DNA from: Phycisphaera mikurensis NBRC 102666
GTDB lineage: Bacteria > Planctomycetota > Phycisphaerae > Phycisphaerales > SM1A02
Reading direction: 5' to 3'
Assembly (NCBI GenBank): GCA_945878575.1
Contig: CAMDUB010000009.1
Location: forward strand, 87 to 64,086
DNA: 64,000 nucleotides
In this document: positions 45,941 through 53,941 of the stretch, piece by piece
Layout of the letters: each line of letters starts with the position of its first letter
Position numbering within the stretch: the first letter of the stretch is position 1
The notes under the pieces: model-generated
The model's input: only the letters and a program-made list of their open reading frames with translations
What the model was told of the DNA's origin: nothing
Databases searched by the model: none
Position numbers and translations under genes: made by a program

Positions 45941-46080
45941 TCTTTGAACTAAAGCGCTTCGCATCAACGCCCGGCATCGGTATCCTTCGTTGTTCTGCCT
46001 TGGGCACGTTGCCCGAGGAACCCGCACCGCCGCATGATGACGCGCGTCATCACGGCAAACACATCACCCATAGAGACAAC

Positions 46081-47814
46081 ATGGTCGACTACAACCTGAT
46101 CGAGGACATTGGCCTCGACGCTGCTGAACTTGAAATCATTCTTTCCGGCATTCACTCTGGCTCCGACGTCGGTGGCGTCGAACCGAAGTCGATGGCGCCC
46201 GGAAGCATCCTGAAGGGCATCGTGGTCGGAATGTCCGGTGACTTTGTCATCGTTGACGTCGGACTGAAGAGCGAAGGCCAAGTCGACAAGGCAGAGTTTG
46301 ATGACATCGGCGTGAACGTCGGTGACGAAGTTGAAGTGTTGCTTGAAGAGATGGAAGACTCCGAAGGTTCGGTAGTTCTTTCCAAGCGCAAGGCTGACCG
46401 CATCCGCGGCTGGGAGCAGATCCTGGTCACGCGTAAGGAAGGCGACATCGTTGAGGGCAAGGTCCTCCGCAAGATCAAGGGCGGTCTGCTCGTGGATATC
46501 GGCGTGCCGGTGTTCCTGCCAGCATCGCAAGTTGATGTTCGCCGCCCCGGCGACATCGGCGAATACGTTGGCCGCAATGTGCGCGCCTCGATCCTCAAGA
46601 TCGACGAAGAGCGTAAGAACATCGTCATCAGCCGTCGCAAGCTGATCGAAGAAGAGCGCGACGCTGCCAAGAGCAAGTTGCTCACGGCCGTCAAGGAAGG
46701 CGACATCGTTCGCGGAACCGTCACGAACATCGCCGACTTCGGCGCGTTCATCGACCTCGGCGGACTCGATGGCTTGCTGCACATCACCGACATGAGTTGG
46801 GGCCGCGTCAACCACCCAACCGAAGTCGTCAAGATCGGCGACGAAGTTGAGGTCAAGATCCTCAACATCGACCGCGATCGCGAGAAGATCGCTCTCGGCC
46901 TGAAGCAGAAGGAAACTTCGCCATGGGAAGAGATCGAGAAGAAGTACCCGGTCAATTCGCGCGTCAAGGGTAAGGTGGTCAGCCTCATGTCCTACGGCGC
47001 ATTCGTGCAGCTTGAGGAAGGCATCGAGGGCCTGGTGCACGTCAGCGAAATGAGCTGGACCCGTCGCGTCAACCACCCGAGCGAGCTCGTGGCCGTTGGC
47101 GACGAAGTGGAAGTGGTGGTGCTCGAGATCAACAAGGACAAGTTGGAGATCTCGCTCGGCATGAAGCAGACGGAAGTCAATCCGTGGGAACTGGTCTCCG
47201 ACCGTTACCCGCGCGGCTCCGTTGTGGAGGGCAAGGTTCGCAACCTTTCCAACTACGGCGCATTCGTCGAGATCGAGCCAGGCATCGACGGCCTGCTCCA
47301 CGTCAGCGACATCAGCTGGACCAAGAAGGTTGCTCACCCGAACGAGCTCTACAAGAAGGGCGACAGCGTGCAGTGCGTCATCCTCGAGGTGGACCAGGAG
47401 AAGCAGCGCATCGGCTTGGGCGTCAAGCAACTCACCGAAGATCCGTGGACCGAAGCGATCCCGAGCGCTTACCGCCCGGGCATGATCGTCAAGGGCACCA
47501 TCACCAAGATCGCCAACTTCGGCGTCTTCGTGGAACTCGAGGACGGCCTCGAGGGTCTCTTGCACATCAGCGAACTCTCCGACCAGAAGGTCGAGAATCC
47601 GCAGGATGTGGTCAAGCCTGGCCAGGAAGTCGAAGTCAAGATCCTGCGTGTCGACATCGAAGACCGCAAGATCGGTCTCAGTCTCAAGCGTGCACAGTGG
47701 GGTTCCACCGTGGACGAAGAAGCTGGCCAGCGTCGTTCGCAGACTGGCGTTCGCCCAGCCCGCGGCGGCATGGACGATCACGGATCGCTTGGAACGTCGA
47801 AGATCACTCTCTGA
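46081..47814 (+). CDS. rpsA: 30S ribosomal protein S1
   Basis: Start MVDYNLIEDIG at 46081. Six S1 (OB-fold) repeats with recurring G.V..I..FGAF(V/I)(D/E)L..G..GL.H.S(E/D) blocks. Confidence 0.95.
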   Translation: MVDYNLIEDIGLDAAELEIILSGIHSGSDVGGVEPKSMAPGSILKGIVVGMSGDFVIVDVGLKSEGQVDKAEFDDIGVNVGDEVEVLLEEMEDSEGSVVLSKRKADRIRGWEQILVTRKEGDIVEGKVLRKIKGGLLVDIGVPVFLPASQVDVRRPGDIGEYVGRNVRASILKIDEERKNIVISRRKLIEEERDAAKSKLLTAVKEGDIVRGTVTNIADFGAFIDLGGLDGLLHITDMSWGRVNHPTEVVKIGDEVEVKILNIDRDREKIALGLKQKETSPWEEIEKKYPVNSRVKGKVVSLMSYGAFVQLEEGIEGLVHVSEMSWTRRVNHPSELVAVGDEVEVVVLEINKDKLEISLGMKQTEVNPWELVSDRYPRGSVVEGKVRNLSNYGAFVEIEPGIDGLLHVSDISWTKKVAHPNELYKKGDSVQCVILEVDQEKQRIGLGVKQLTEDPWTEAIPSAYRPGMIVKGTITKIANFGVFVELEDGLEGLLHISELSDQKVENPQDVVKPGQEVEVKILRVDIEDRKIGLSLKRAQWGSTVDEEAGQRRSQTGVRPARGGMDDHGSLGTSKITL

Positions 47815-47843
47815 TCAGCGGCGACAACTTCAAGAAGCAAAGC

Positions 47844-47879
47844 GCGCCCCGACGGAAACGTCGGGGCGCTTTCTTTTTT
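47844..47879 (+). terminator. Rho-independent terminator of rpsA
   Basis: gcgccccgacg (47844-54), GAAA loop, cgtcggggcgc (47859-69), then tttctttttt. Confidence 0.9.
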
Positions 47880-47894
47880 GCGTGGGGCGAAGTT

Positions 47895-48010
47895 GACACA
47901 CTTGCGTACGGACGGGGTTGTGGCATTGCGCCTGCGTACTGGGGCGTTGAGGCATCACGGTTGCGTACTGGTCAGCGTTGATGCATCACGCATGTCTACT
48001 GGCCCGCATT
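47895..48010 (+). repeat. Four degenerate ~30-nt tandem units carrying a TGCGTACTGG-like box
   Basis: The box occurs at 47903, 47933, 47962 and, degenerate as tgtctac, at 47993. Spacings are 30, 29 and 31 nt. Confidence 0.6.
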
Positions 48011-48099
48011 CGCCTTACGAGGATGGCCGCTGAGCGCGGCCCTATCCTCTCCGGCGCCTGCGGCCAGATGGGGGTGTTCCACAAACCCTGGTTGTCAAA

Positions 48100-48305
48100 G
48101 TGTCCTCCGTGTTCGAGCCCCCGCAGTGAGCACGGGATCCTCGGTGAGCGGCGTGTGAAACTGAGAAGTCCGGTAGTTGGACGTACGCCCCGTGGGTGCC
48201 AACCGGACGAACAGTTTCGCCCGAGGCTAAGCGGAACCTTGTGGAGCGCAGCCGTCCGCGTCCGAGGGTCCCGCGCGCAACGGAGGGGGCGGTGGGCGAC
48301 TCCGA
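48100..48305 (+). repeat. Long direct repeat, copy A (180-nt core 48114-48293)
   Basis: Manual alignment to 49982-50161 shows 3 substitutions in 180 nt. Noncoding. It ends about 45-55 nt upstream of the RCC1-gene ATG. Confidence 0.9.
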
Positions 48306-48348
48306 TTTATCCTTTGAAACTCAGTGATGACGTGCTAAAATTTCAGAT

Positions 48349-49929
48349 ATGCAGAAGTCTAGGAGTTACCGGGTGATCCCTTTTGGGCGGTTAAGCCGCA
48401 CGTCGATGGTTGCGGCGTTTCTCGCCGCCGCGGGTGCTGTTGAATGCGCACAGGCGGATGGGATTGTGCGGTGCTGGGGAGCCAATGATTCCGGACAGTG
48501 CAACGTGCCACCCGACCTCGGGAACTGCAGCCGCGTTGTCGCGGGGAGCTCGCACTCCGTAGCGCTTCGAAGCGATGGGACGGTGCGATGCTGGGGAAGC
48601 AACTACTACTGGCAGTGCGACCCTCCGAGCGACTTGGGGATTTGCTCCAACATCGGAGCGGGGTACTCCCACTCGATGGCTATTCAGCGTGATGGAACTG
48701 TTCGATGCTGGGGGAACAACGGCAACGGTCAGTGCAACGCGCCCGTTGACCTCGGACCATGCTCAACGGTCGACGCTGGATACTTCCATTCCATCGCACT
48801 TCGCATGGATGGCGCTGTCAGATGCTGGGGATGGGACGCGTACGGCATTTGCAACCCGCCTGCCGACCTTGGGCCATGCTCAAGCATCGCGGCTGGGTAC
48901 TACCACAACATCGCACTCCGAATCGATGGCGCTGTGCGATGCTGGGGTGGTAGCAACGAGGGCCAATGCAACACGCCAGTTAACCTTGGAACATGCTTAA
49001 GCATCGCCGCTGGGTACAGGCATTCAGCCGCCCTCCGAACCGACAGAACCGTGCGATGCTGGGGATGGAACCAGTTCGGCCAGTGCAACACCCCCATTGA
49101 CCTTGGTCCATGCTCAAGTATTGCGGGTGGGTACTACCACACCATGGCACTCCAAATCGATGGAACCGTTCGCTGCTGGGGCCGGAACGACTCTAGCCAA
49201 TGCGTCACACCCATCGATCTTGGAACATCCACAAAAATCGCCGGTGGCGGCTCGAACTCCCTCGCAATCCAATGTGTTGGCGGCGTTAACGCCCGCGTCA
49301 GTCCAGAGCTTGCGCCGTACTCCTTCGCCAATCCACGGGCGTGGACTGCCACTGGAATTCAAGCAGCTTCTCGTGGTGCAACTATCACTATCAATGCGCG
49401 GGGAAATCTTGGAACTGCAACTAAGTTCCTGACTGTCAAGCTTGATGGCGTGACACTTGCTGCCACGATCTTTGGTTCAGGTTCCGGCAGTACCAATTGC
49501 GCTGCCGTTGCGAGCACTGCAACATTCGTGATTCCTCCAGCGCAATTCAGTGCGCTCACCGCGGACGGCGAACTTGAAGTTCGCATCGAGCCGTCGCTCA
49601 ATGCAACAAGTGTTGGGTGCGCGTCCGCTACGCTCACCGTACAACTCAATTACTTACGCGACACCATTGACTGCGACGCGAATGGTATTGATGACGAGTG
49701 CGACTTTGCCGCTGGGGCCGAAGACGAGAACCAGAACGACAAACTTGATTCGTGCGAATTGCTGTACGGCGACCTGAACCTTGACGGCAACATCGACGGC
49801 GCAGATCTCGGTGGCCTTCTTTCGTTCTGGGGCATTCCAAATCCCCCTTATGGCGATTTGGATGGTGACGGCAATATCACTGGCGGCGACCTCGGCCTCT
49901 TGCTGTCCCATTGGGGCGTGATCAAGTAA
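48349..49929 (+). CDS. Secreted RCC1-repeat protein with C-terminal dockerin/EF-hand-like repeats
   Basis: Signal peptide, then about 8 tandem units of the form DG.VRCWG.N..GQCN.P.DLG.CS.(I/V)A(A/G)GY.HS.AL. The C-terminus has DLNLDGNIDGADLGGLLSFWG and DLDGDGNITGGDLGLLLSHWG. Confidence 0.8.
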   Translation: MQKSRSYRVIPFGRLSRTSMVAAFLAAAGAVECAQADGIVRCWGANDSGQCNVPPDLGNCSRVVAGSSHSVALRSDGTVRCWGSNYYWQCDPPSDLGICSNIGAGYSHSMAIQRDGTVRCWGNNGNGQCNAPVDLGPCSTVDAGYFHSIALRMDGAVRCWGWDAYGICNPPADLGPCSSIAAGYYHNIALRIDGAVRCWGGSNEGQCNTPVNLGTCLSIAAGYRHSAALRTDRTVRCWGWNQFGQCNTPIDLGPCSSIAGGYYHTMALQIDGTVRCWGRNDSSQCVTPIDLGTSTKIAGGGSNSLAIQCVGGVNARVSPELAPYSFANPRAWTATGIQAASRGATITINARGNLGTATKFLTVKLDGVTLAATIFGSGSGSTNCAAVASTATFVIPPAQFSALTADGELEVRIEPSLNATSVGCASATLTVQLNYLRDTIDCDANGIDDECDFAAGAEDENQNDKLDSCELLYGDLNLDGNIDGADLGGLLSFWGIPNPPYGDLDGDGNITGGDLGLLLSHWGVIK

Positions 49930-49968
49930 CCACCCGCCCCGCTACCACGCGCGGCCAGTGCATGCACA

Positions 49969-50172
49969 CGTCCTGCGTTTGCGAGCCCCCGCAGTGAGCA
50001 CGGGATCCTCGGTAAGCGGCGTGTGAAACTGAGAAGTCCAGCAGTTGGACGTACGCCCCGTGGGTGCCAACCGGACGAACAGTTTCGCCCGAGGCTAAGC
50101 GGAACCTTGTGGAGCGCAGCCGTCCGCGTCCGAGGGTCCCGCGCGCAACGGAGGGGGCGGTCAACGACTCAA
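49969..50172 (+). repeat. Long direct repeat, copy B (180-nt core 49982-50161)
   Basis: Same orientation as copy A. It starts about 40 nt after the RCC1-gene stop. Confidence 0.9.
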
Positions 50173-50190
50173 CTCACTCAGACCGCGCCC

Positions 50191-50225
50191 CGAAAATGGG
50201 GACAGTGGTGAACGGCACCTATTTA
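50191..50225. repeat. Palindromic repeat element, copy 3
   Basis: cgaaaatggggacagtggtgaacggcacctattta. As at 12.4 kb, the terminal tta is the stop codon of the convergent minus-strand gene, and the preceding codon (CTG, Leu) is also shared. Confidence 0.8.
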
Positions 50226-51887
50226 CAGTTCAGCAAACTGCATGTCTGAAGACTGTTCGAATGACAGGTCCGGGACGTGCACTTCAGTTGCGAAGCACGC
50301 AAGACCGGGGACCGCAGCCATTGCTGCTCGGGTGGCTTCGGCAGTGATCGGCCGCGCGGCGCGGCCATCAAAGCCAGCGCGGAGGTCCGCGCCAATTTGC
50401 AACTCGGCCTTCACGAAGTCGATCGGCTCGATCGCGCGTTCGAATGCTTGCAGGCGATTCTTGGCGTTCTCAAAGGTGCCGCCCTTCTCAGTCCACGTAG
50501 CGCCCGGAAGCACGCACTCGGCAATGTTGCAGAGCGGGTTCTCAAGCGTGTCGATCAGAACCACCTGCGTGGTCATGGCCGCGTCGCGCAATTCTGGTGT
50601 GACCCAGTCGCTTGGATAGTTGCCCGTGATGACCGCCGCGCCGAATGCCTTGGCGCGCAGCGCTGCAAGGAATGCCGCGTAGTCGTGCACCGTGCCGCCG
50701 CCGCGCTTTGTGTTCAGGGCTTCCAGCACGCGTCGGACGCCGCGGGCGTTCGGGGCCTTCTCTGCGTAGATCGTGAAGCCGGCCTTGAAGGTGCGATTCT
50801 CGCCACTGAACGGAATTGGTCCAACAGCAAGCTCGGCCTTCGGGTCAAGTGCAAGTACCCAACTGCCAAGTTCAAACGCGTCTTCACAAGACAACATCGG
50901 ACTGATGAGGACCGCGGTCTTCTGCTTATTGTTGATCGCGTTGGCGATCGTCCCCTGTGCCTTGGCAACGCCTGCCTTCCAAGCGTGCGAGGCATTGCTG
51001 GCGTCAAACGCCTCCATGCCCTTCACGCGCGGCATACGAATGCGTGACTCGGAATGCACATGCTTCCAGCCATGACGCACTTCATCAGTGATCCACCAAG
51101 TGTTCACATCCATGTTGGTGCGCGGCTTGATGCGGTGCATCCGGCCATCATTGTGCTCGACGAAAATGTTGTCGCCACTTGCAGTAATGCCATCAATTGA
51201 CGGCGTCTTGGTCAGGAACCACACACGCTGCTGGAATAGGAATTCCTTGTCCAACAGTGCGCCAACCGGGCAGAGATCAACCACGTTGCCTGCCAGCGGA
51301 TTGTCGAGCGGCTTGCCAGGGAAGATGTCGATCATCTCACGATCGCCGCGACCGTCCACCATCAGTTCGTCAGTACCAGTGACTTCGCGCGTGAAGCGCA
51401 CACAGCGCGTGCACATGATGCAACGATCGCTGTACAGAAGAATGTTTGGACCAATGTCCTTCTTTGGATTCTTGACCTTCTCTTCAAGGAACCGACTCTG
51501 ACCGCGGCCGTACTCATGGGAGTAGTCCTGCAGGTAGCACTCGCCGGCCTTGTCGCACACCGGGCAGTCCACGGGGTGATTGATGAGGAGGAACTCCATC
51601 ACCGACTTCTGGTTGGCCATCGAGCGCGGACTGTCAGTGGTGACCACCATGCCGTCCGAGCAGTCGGTCTGGCAGGTCGGCTTGAGCTGACCCATGGTCT
51701 CCAACTTGCCGGACTTCGGATTCGGCATCGCCACCTCTGCAAGGCAGATGCGGCAGCTTGCCGGAATCGACATCGACGGGTGGTAGCAGTAGTGCGGGAT
51801 CTCTACATCGTGGCGAAGCGCCACCTCGAGGATCTTTTCGCCCTTTGTGAAGTCATACGACGTGCCGTTGATGGTGATCTGCGCCAT
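50223..51887 (-). CDS. nuoG: NuoG-like Fe-S / molybdopterin-oxidoreductase-fold subunit (NADH-quinone oxidoreductase subunit G family)
   Basis: Start MAQITINGTSYDF at 51887. 2Fe-2S ferredoxin-like N-terminus (HYCYHPSMSIPASCRICLAEV) and 4Fe-4S Cys clusters (CPVCDKAGEC; CIMCTRCVRF...DLCPVGAL). The upstream ORF-track extension has no coding character. Confidence 0.75.
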   Translation of the reverse strand: MAQITINGTSYDFTKGEKILEVALRHDVEIPHYCYHPSMSIPASCRICLAEVAMPNPKSGKLETMGQLKPTCQTDCSDGMVVTTDSPRSMANQKSVMEFLLINHPVDCPVCDKAGECYLQDYSHEYGRGQSRFLEEKVKNPKKDIGPNILLYSDRCIMCTRCVRFTREVTGTDELMVDGRGDREMIDIFPGKPLDNPLAGNVVDLCPVGALLDKEFLFQQRVWFLTKTPSIDGITASGDNIFVEHNDGRMHRIKPRTNMDVNTWWITDEVRHGWKHVHSESRIRMPRVKGMEAFDASNASHAWKAGVAKAQGTIANAINNKQKTAVLISPMLSCEDAFELGSWVLALDPKAELAVGPIPFSGENRTFKAGFTIYAEKAPNARGVRRVLEALNTKRGGGTVHDYAAFLAALRAKAFGAAVITGNYPSDWVTPELRDAAMTTQVVLIDTLENPLCNIAECVLPGATWTEKGGTFENAKNRLQAFERAIEPIDFVKAELQIGADLRAGFDGRAARPITAEATRAAMAAVPGLACFATEVHVPDLSFEQSSDMQFAEL

Positions 51888-51948
51888 GGGAGGGCAAAGT
51901 GTAGTGCCCTGCCACCCCGCAGGGACGCTGAAGGAAGCGGCAAATCGC

Positions 51949-52581
51949 TCACTTACGCGGCAGCGTCTCGAAATCAAGGATCGCTTCGCCGTCCGTGAAT
52001 TCCACGTCGGTGATCTTGATGAACCGACCGTCCCCAAGTTTGGCCTTGAGGGGGAGCGCTCGACCAAGTTCCGGGACAAACCACGCGCCGACGCCGGCAG
52101 CGAATGGAATCGGCAGGTTGCCGATACTGGTTCCGGCAGCGCGGAGTGTGGCCGGCGCGCCATCCTTGCCTTCCGAGCCTGGCTCGATCGCCCAGCGCGT
52201 GATCATCACGAAACCGTTCCAGTCCGCTGCCAACGCGAATCCGTCGGCATCGATCGTCGCCTGCACTCCCTGGACGCCTTCTGGCCATGGCAGACTCTGG
52301 TCGTACTCAAGCCACTGTGGAAGCCGCGCACCGAGCCACGCGTTGACGTCCGCTGCGCGTACGCGCACGCTCCACGGCTGCACGCCTTCGCCACGAACTT
52401 TGGTGGTCTCGCTGGCGATCCCCTGCTCGAGCGCACGCGCCGTGTCCAGCGCGCCCGCCGCGTCGCGCGCGGTGGGACTCCACCACGCAGGAGTCATGCG
52501 CGCAAGAGCGACGGCGCCTGCAGCAACTGCGATGAACACCAGAAGTATGGCGAAGAAAGTGCGCGCGCGGGATCGATTCAT
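51949..52581 (-). CDS. Hypothetical membrane-anchored protein
   Basis: Start MNRSRARTFFAILLVFIAVAAGAVALA at 52581, 22 nt after the fabF stop. It has a single N-terminal TM helix and no recognised domain. Confidence 0.5.
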   Translation of the reverse strand: MNRSRARTFFAILLVFIAVAAGAVALARMTPAWWSPTARDAAGALDTARALEQGIASETTKVRGEGVQPWSVRVRAADVNAWLGARLPQWLEYDQSLPWPEGVQGVQATIDADGFALAADWNGFVMITRWAIEPGSEGKDGAPATLRAAGTSIGNLPIPFAAGVGAWFVPELGRALPLKAKLGDGRFIKITDVEFTDGEAILDFETLPRK

Positions 52582-52603
52582 AGGGGTGTCCTGCCGCAGC
52601 GAG

Positions 52604-53941
52604 TTAGCGCACAAAGCGGCGCACGACCAACGAATCGTTCTGCCCGCCGAAGCCAAAGTTGTTGGAAATGCACACATCAACCGGCAAGCGGCGCGCCGTG
52701 TTGGGTACGTAGTCAAGATCAAGTTCCGGATCCGGCGTCGTGAGATTGCGCGTCGGCGGAACGATGCCATCGCGAATAGCAAGTACGCACGTGATGAACT
52801 CCACGCTGCCCGCCGCCGCGATCAAGTGACCCATCATGCTCTTGATTGAGCTCATGGGGATCTCTTTGGCGATATCGCCAAACACACGCTTGACTGCGCG
52901 TGTCTCAATGGAATCGTTCTCTTTTGTGCCGGTTCCGTGCGCGCTGATGTACTGGATCGGCGGCCGCCCCTGCGCGTCGTGCGCTCTGGGGTCAATGCCC
53001 GCCTGCACAAGCGCAGCGTCCATCGCCACTGCGGCACCGCGACCGTCAGGCTGAATATCGGTGATCCGGTACGCGTCACAACTTGAACCGTAGCCAGTGA
53101 TTTCTGCAAGCGGCGTTGCCCCGCGTGCATCCGCGTGTTCAAGCGTTTCCAGAATGATCATGCCACTGCCTTCGCCCATCACGAAGCCACCGCGATCAAG
53201 ACTGAACGGACGGCTTGCCTCCGCCGGATCATCTTTACGCTCACTCAGCGCAGTCAGGCGATTGAAGCCCGTGACGCCAAAGAGATGAATCATGGTGTGC
53301 GTGCCGCCAGCCATCATGACGTCGGCATCACCGCGGCGCAGAATGCTGAACGCCTCGCCGATCGCTTGCGTGCTCGCCGCGCACGCGGTCAAGCAGTTGT
53401 ACGCCGGCCCACGCAGATTGAACTCGCGCGCCAAATGCGCGAGCGGCATGTTCGGCTCCTGCTCAATTTCACGCGCAGGGGTCATGCGGCCGAGCGCGGC
53501 CTTCGCCCACTTCACGCCGTCAACAGCGTTGGCAGCGGGGTCCCAGGCATCAATGTTTGAGCCAACATAATTTTCAACATCAAGAACGCCCTCGCCCGCG
53601 CCAAGATAAAGACCAACGCGGCGCGGATTGCGCGGCGGAACGACATCAAAACCCGCTTGTTTCCAAGCTTGACTGGCGGATCCAAGCGCAAATTGGCTAT
53701 TGAGGCCAGCCGTCGCGTGCACCTTGACATCCTTCACGAAGCCTGCGACGTCGTAGTCCGTGACCTCAGCGGCGAACGTGGTCGGGAATGTCCGCGCGTC
53801 AAAGCGCGTGATCGGCGCCATGCCGCTCTCAGCATTCAAGAGACGCTTCCAGACGCCTTCAATGTCATGACCAAGTGGCGTCACCCAGCCAGTGCCGGTG
53901 ACAACAATGCGAGGGAGATCGGTGTTTCGGGGCGCGCTCAT
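52604..53941 (-). CDS. fabF: Beta-ketoacyl-ACP synthase II type (catalytically complete)
   Basis: Start MSAPRNTDLPRIVVTGTG at 53941. The Cys-His-His triad contexts are intact: CLTACAAST, ISAHGTGTKEND and SIKSMMGHLIAAAG. Confidence 0.9.
   Translation of the reverse strand: MSAPRNTDLPRIVVTGTGWVTPLGHDIEGVWKRLLNAESGMAPITRFDARTFPTTFAAEVTDYDVAGFVKDVKVHATAGLNSQFALGSASQAWKQAGFDVVPPRNPRRVGLYLGAGEGVLDVENYVGSNIDAWDPAANAVDGVKWAKAALGRMTPAREIEQEPNMPLAHLAREFNLRGPAYNCLTACAASTQAIGEAFSILRRGDADVMMAGGTHTMIHLFGVTGFNRLTALSERKDDPAEASRPFSLDRGGFVMGEGSGMIILETLEHADARGATPLAEITGYGSSCDAYRITDIQPDGRGAAVAMDAALVQAGIDPRAHDAQGRPPIQYISAHGTGTKENDSIETRAVKRVFGDIAKEIPMSSIKSMMGHLIAAAGSVEFITCVLAIRDGIVPPTRNLTTPDPELDLDYVPNTARRLPVDVCISNNFGFGGQNDSLVVRRFVR

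Noticed and set aside
48100-48305. Integron attC site or IS/MITE termini for the ~200-bp repeat.
   Set aside because: The ends do not fit the attC core sites (RYYYAAC / GTTRRRY). I see no terminal inverted repeats with target-site duplications, and no integrase or transposase lies in the window. A MITE-like family cannot be excluded without genome-wide copy counts.
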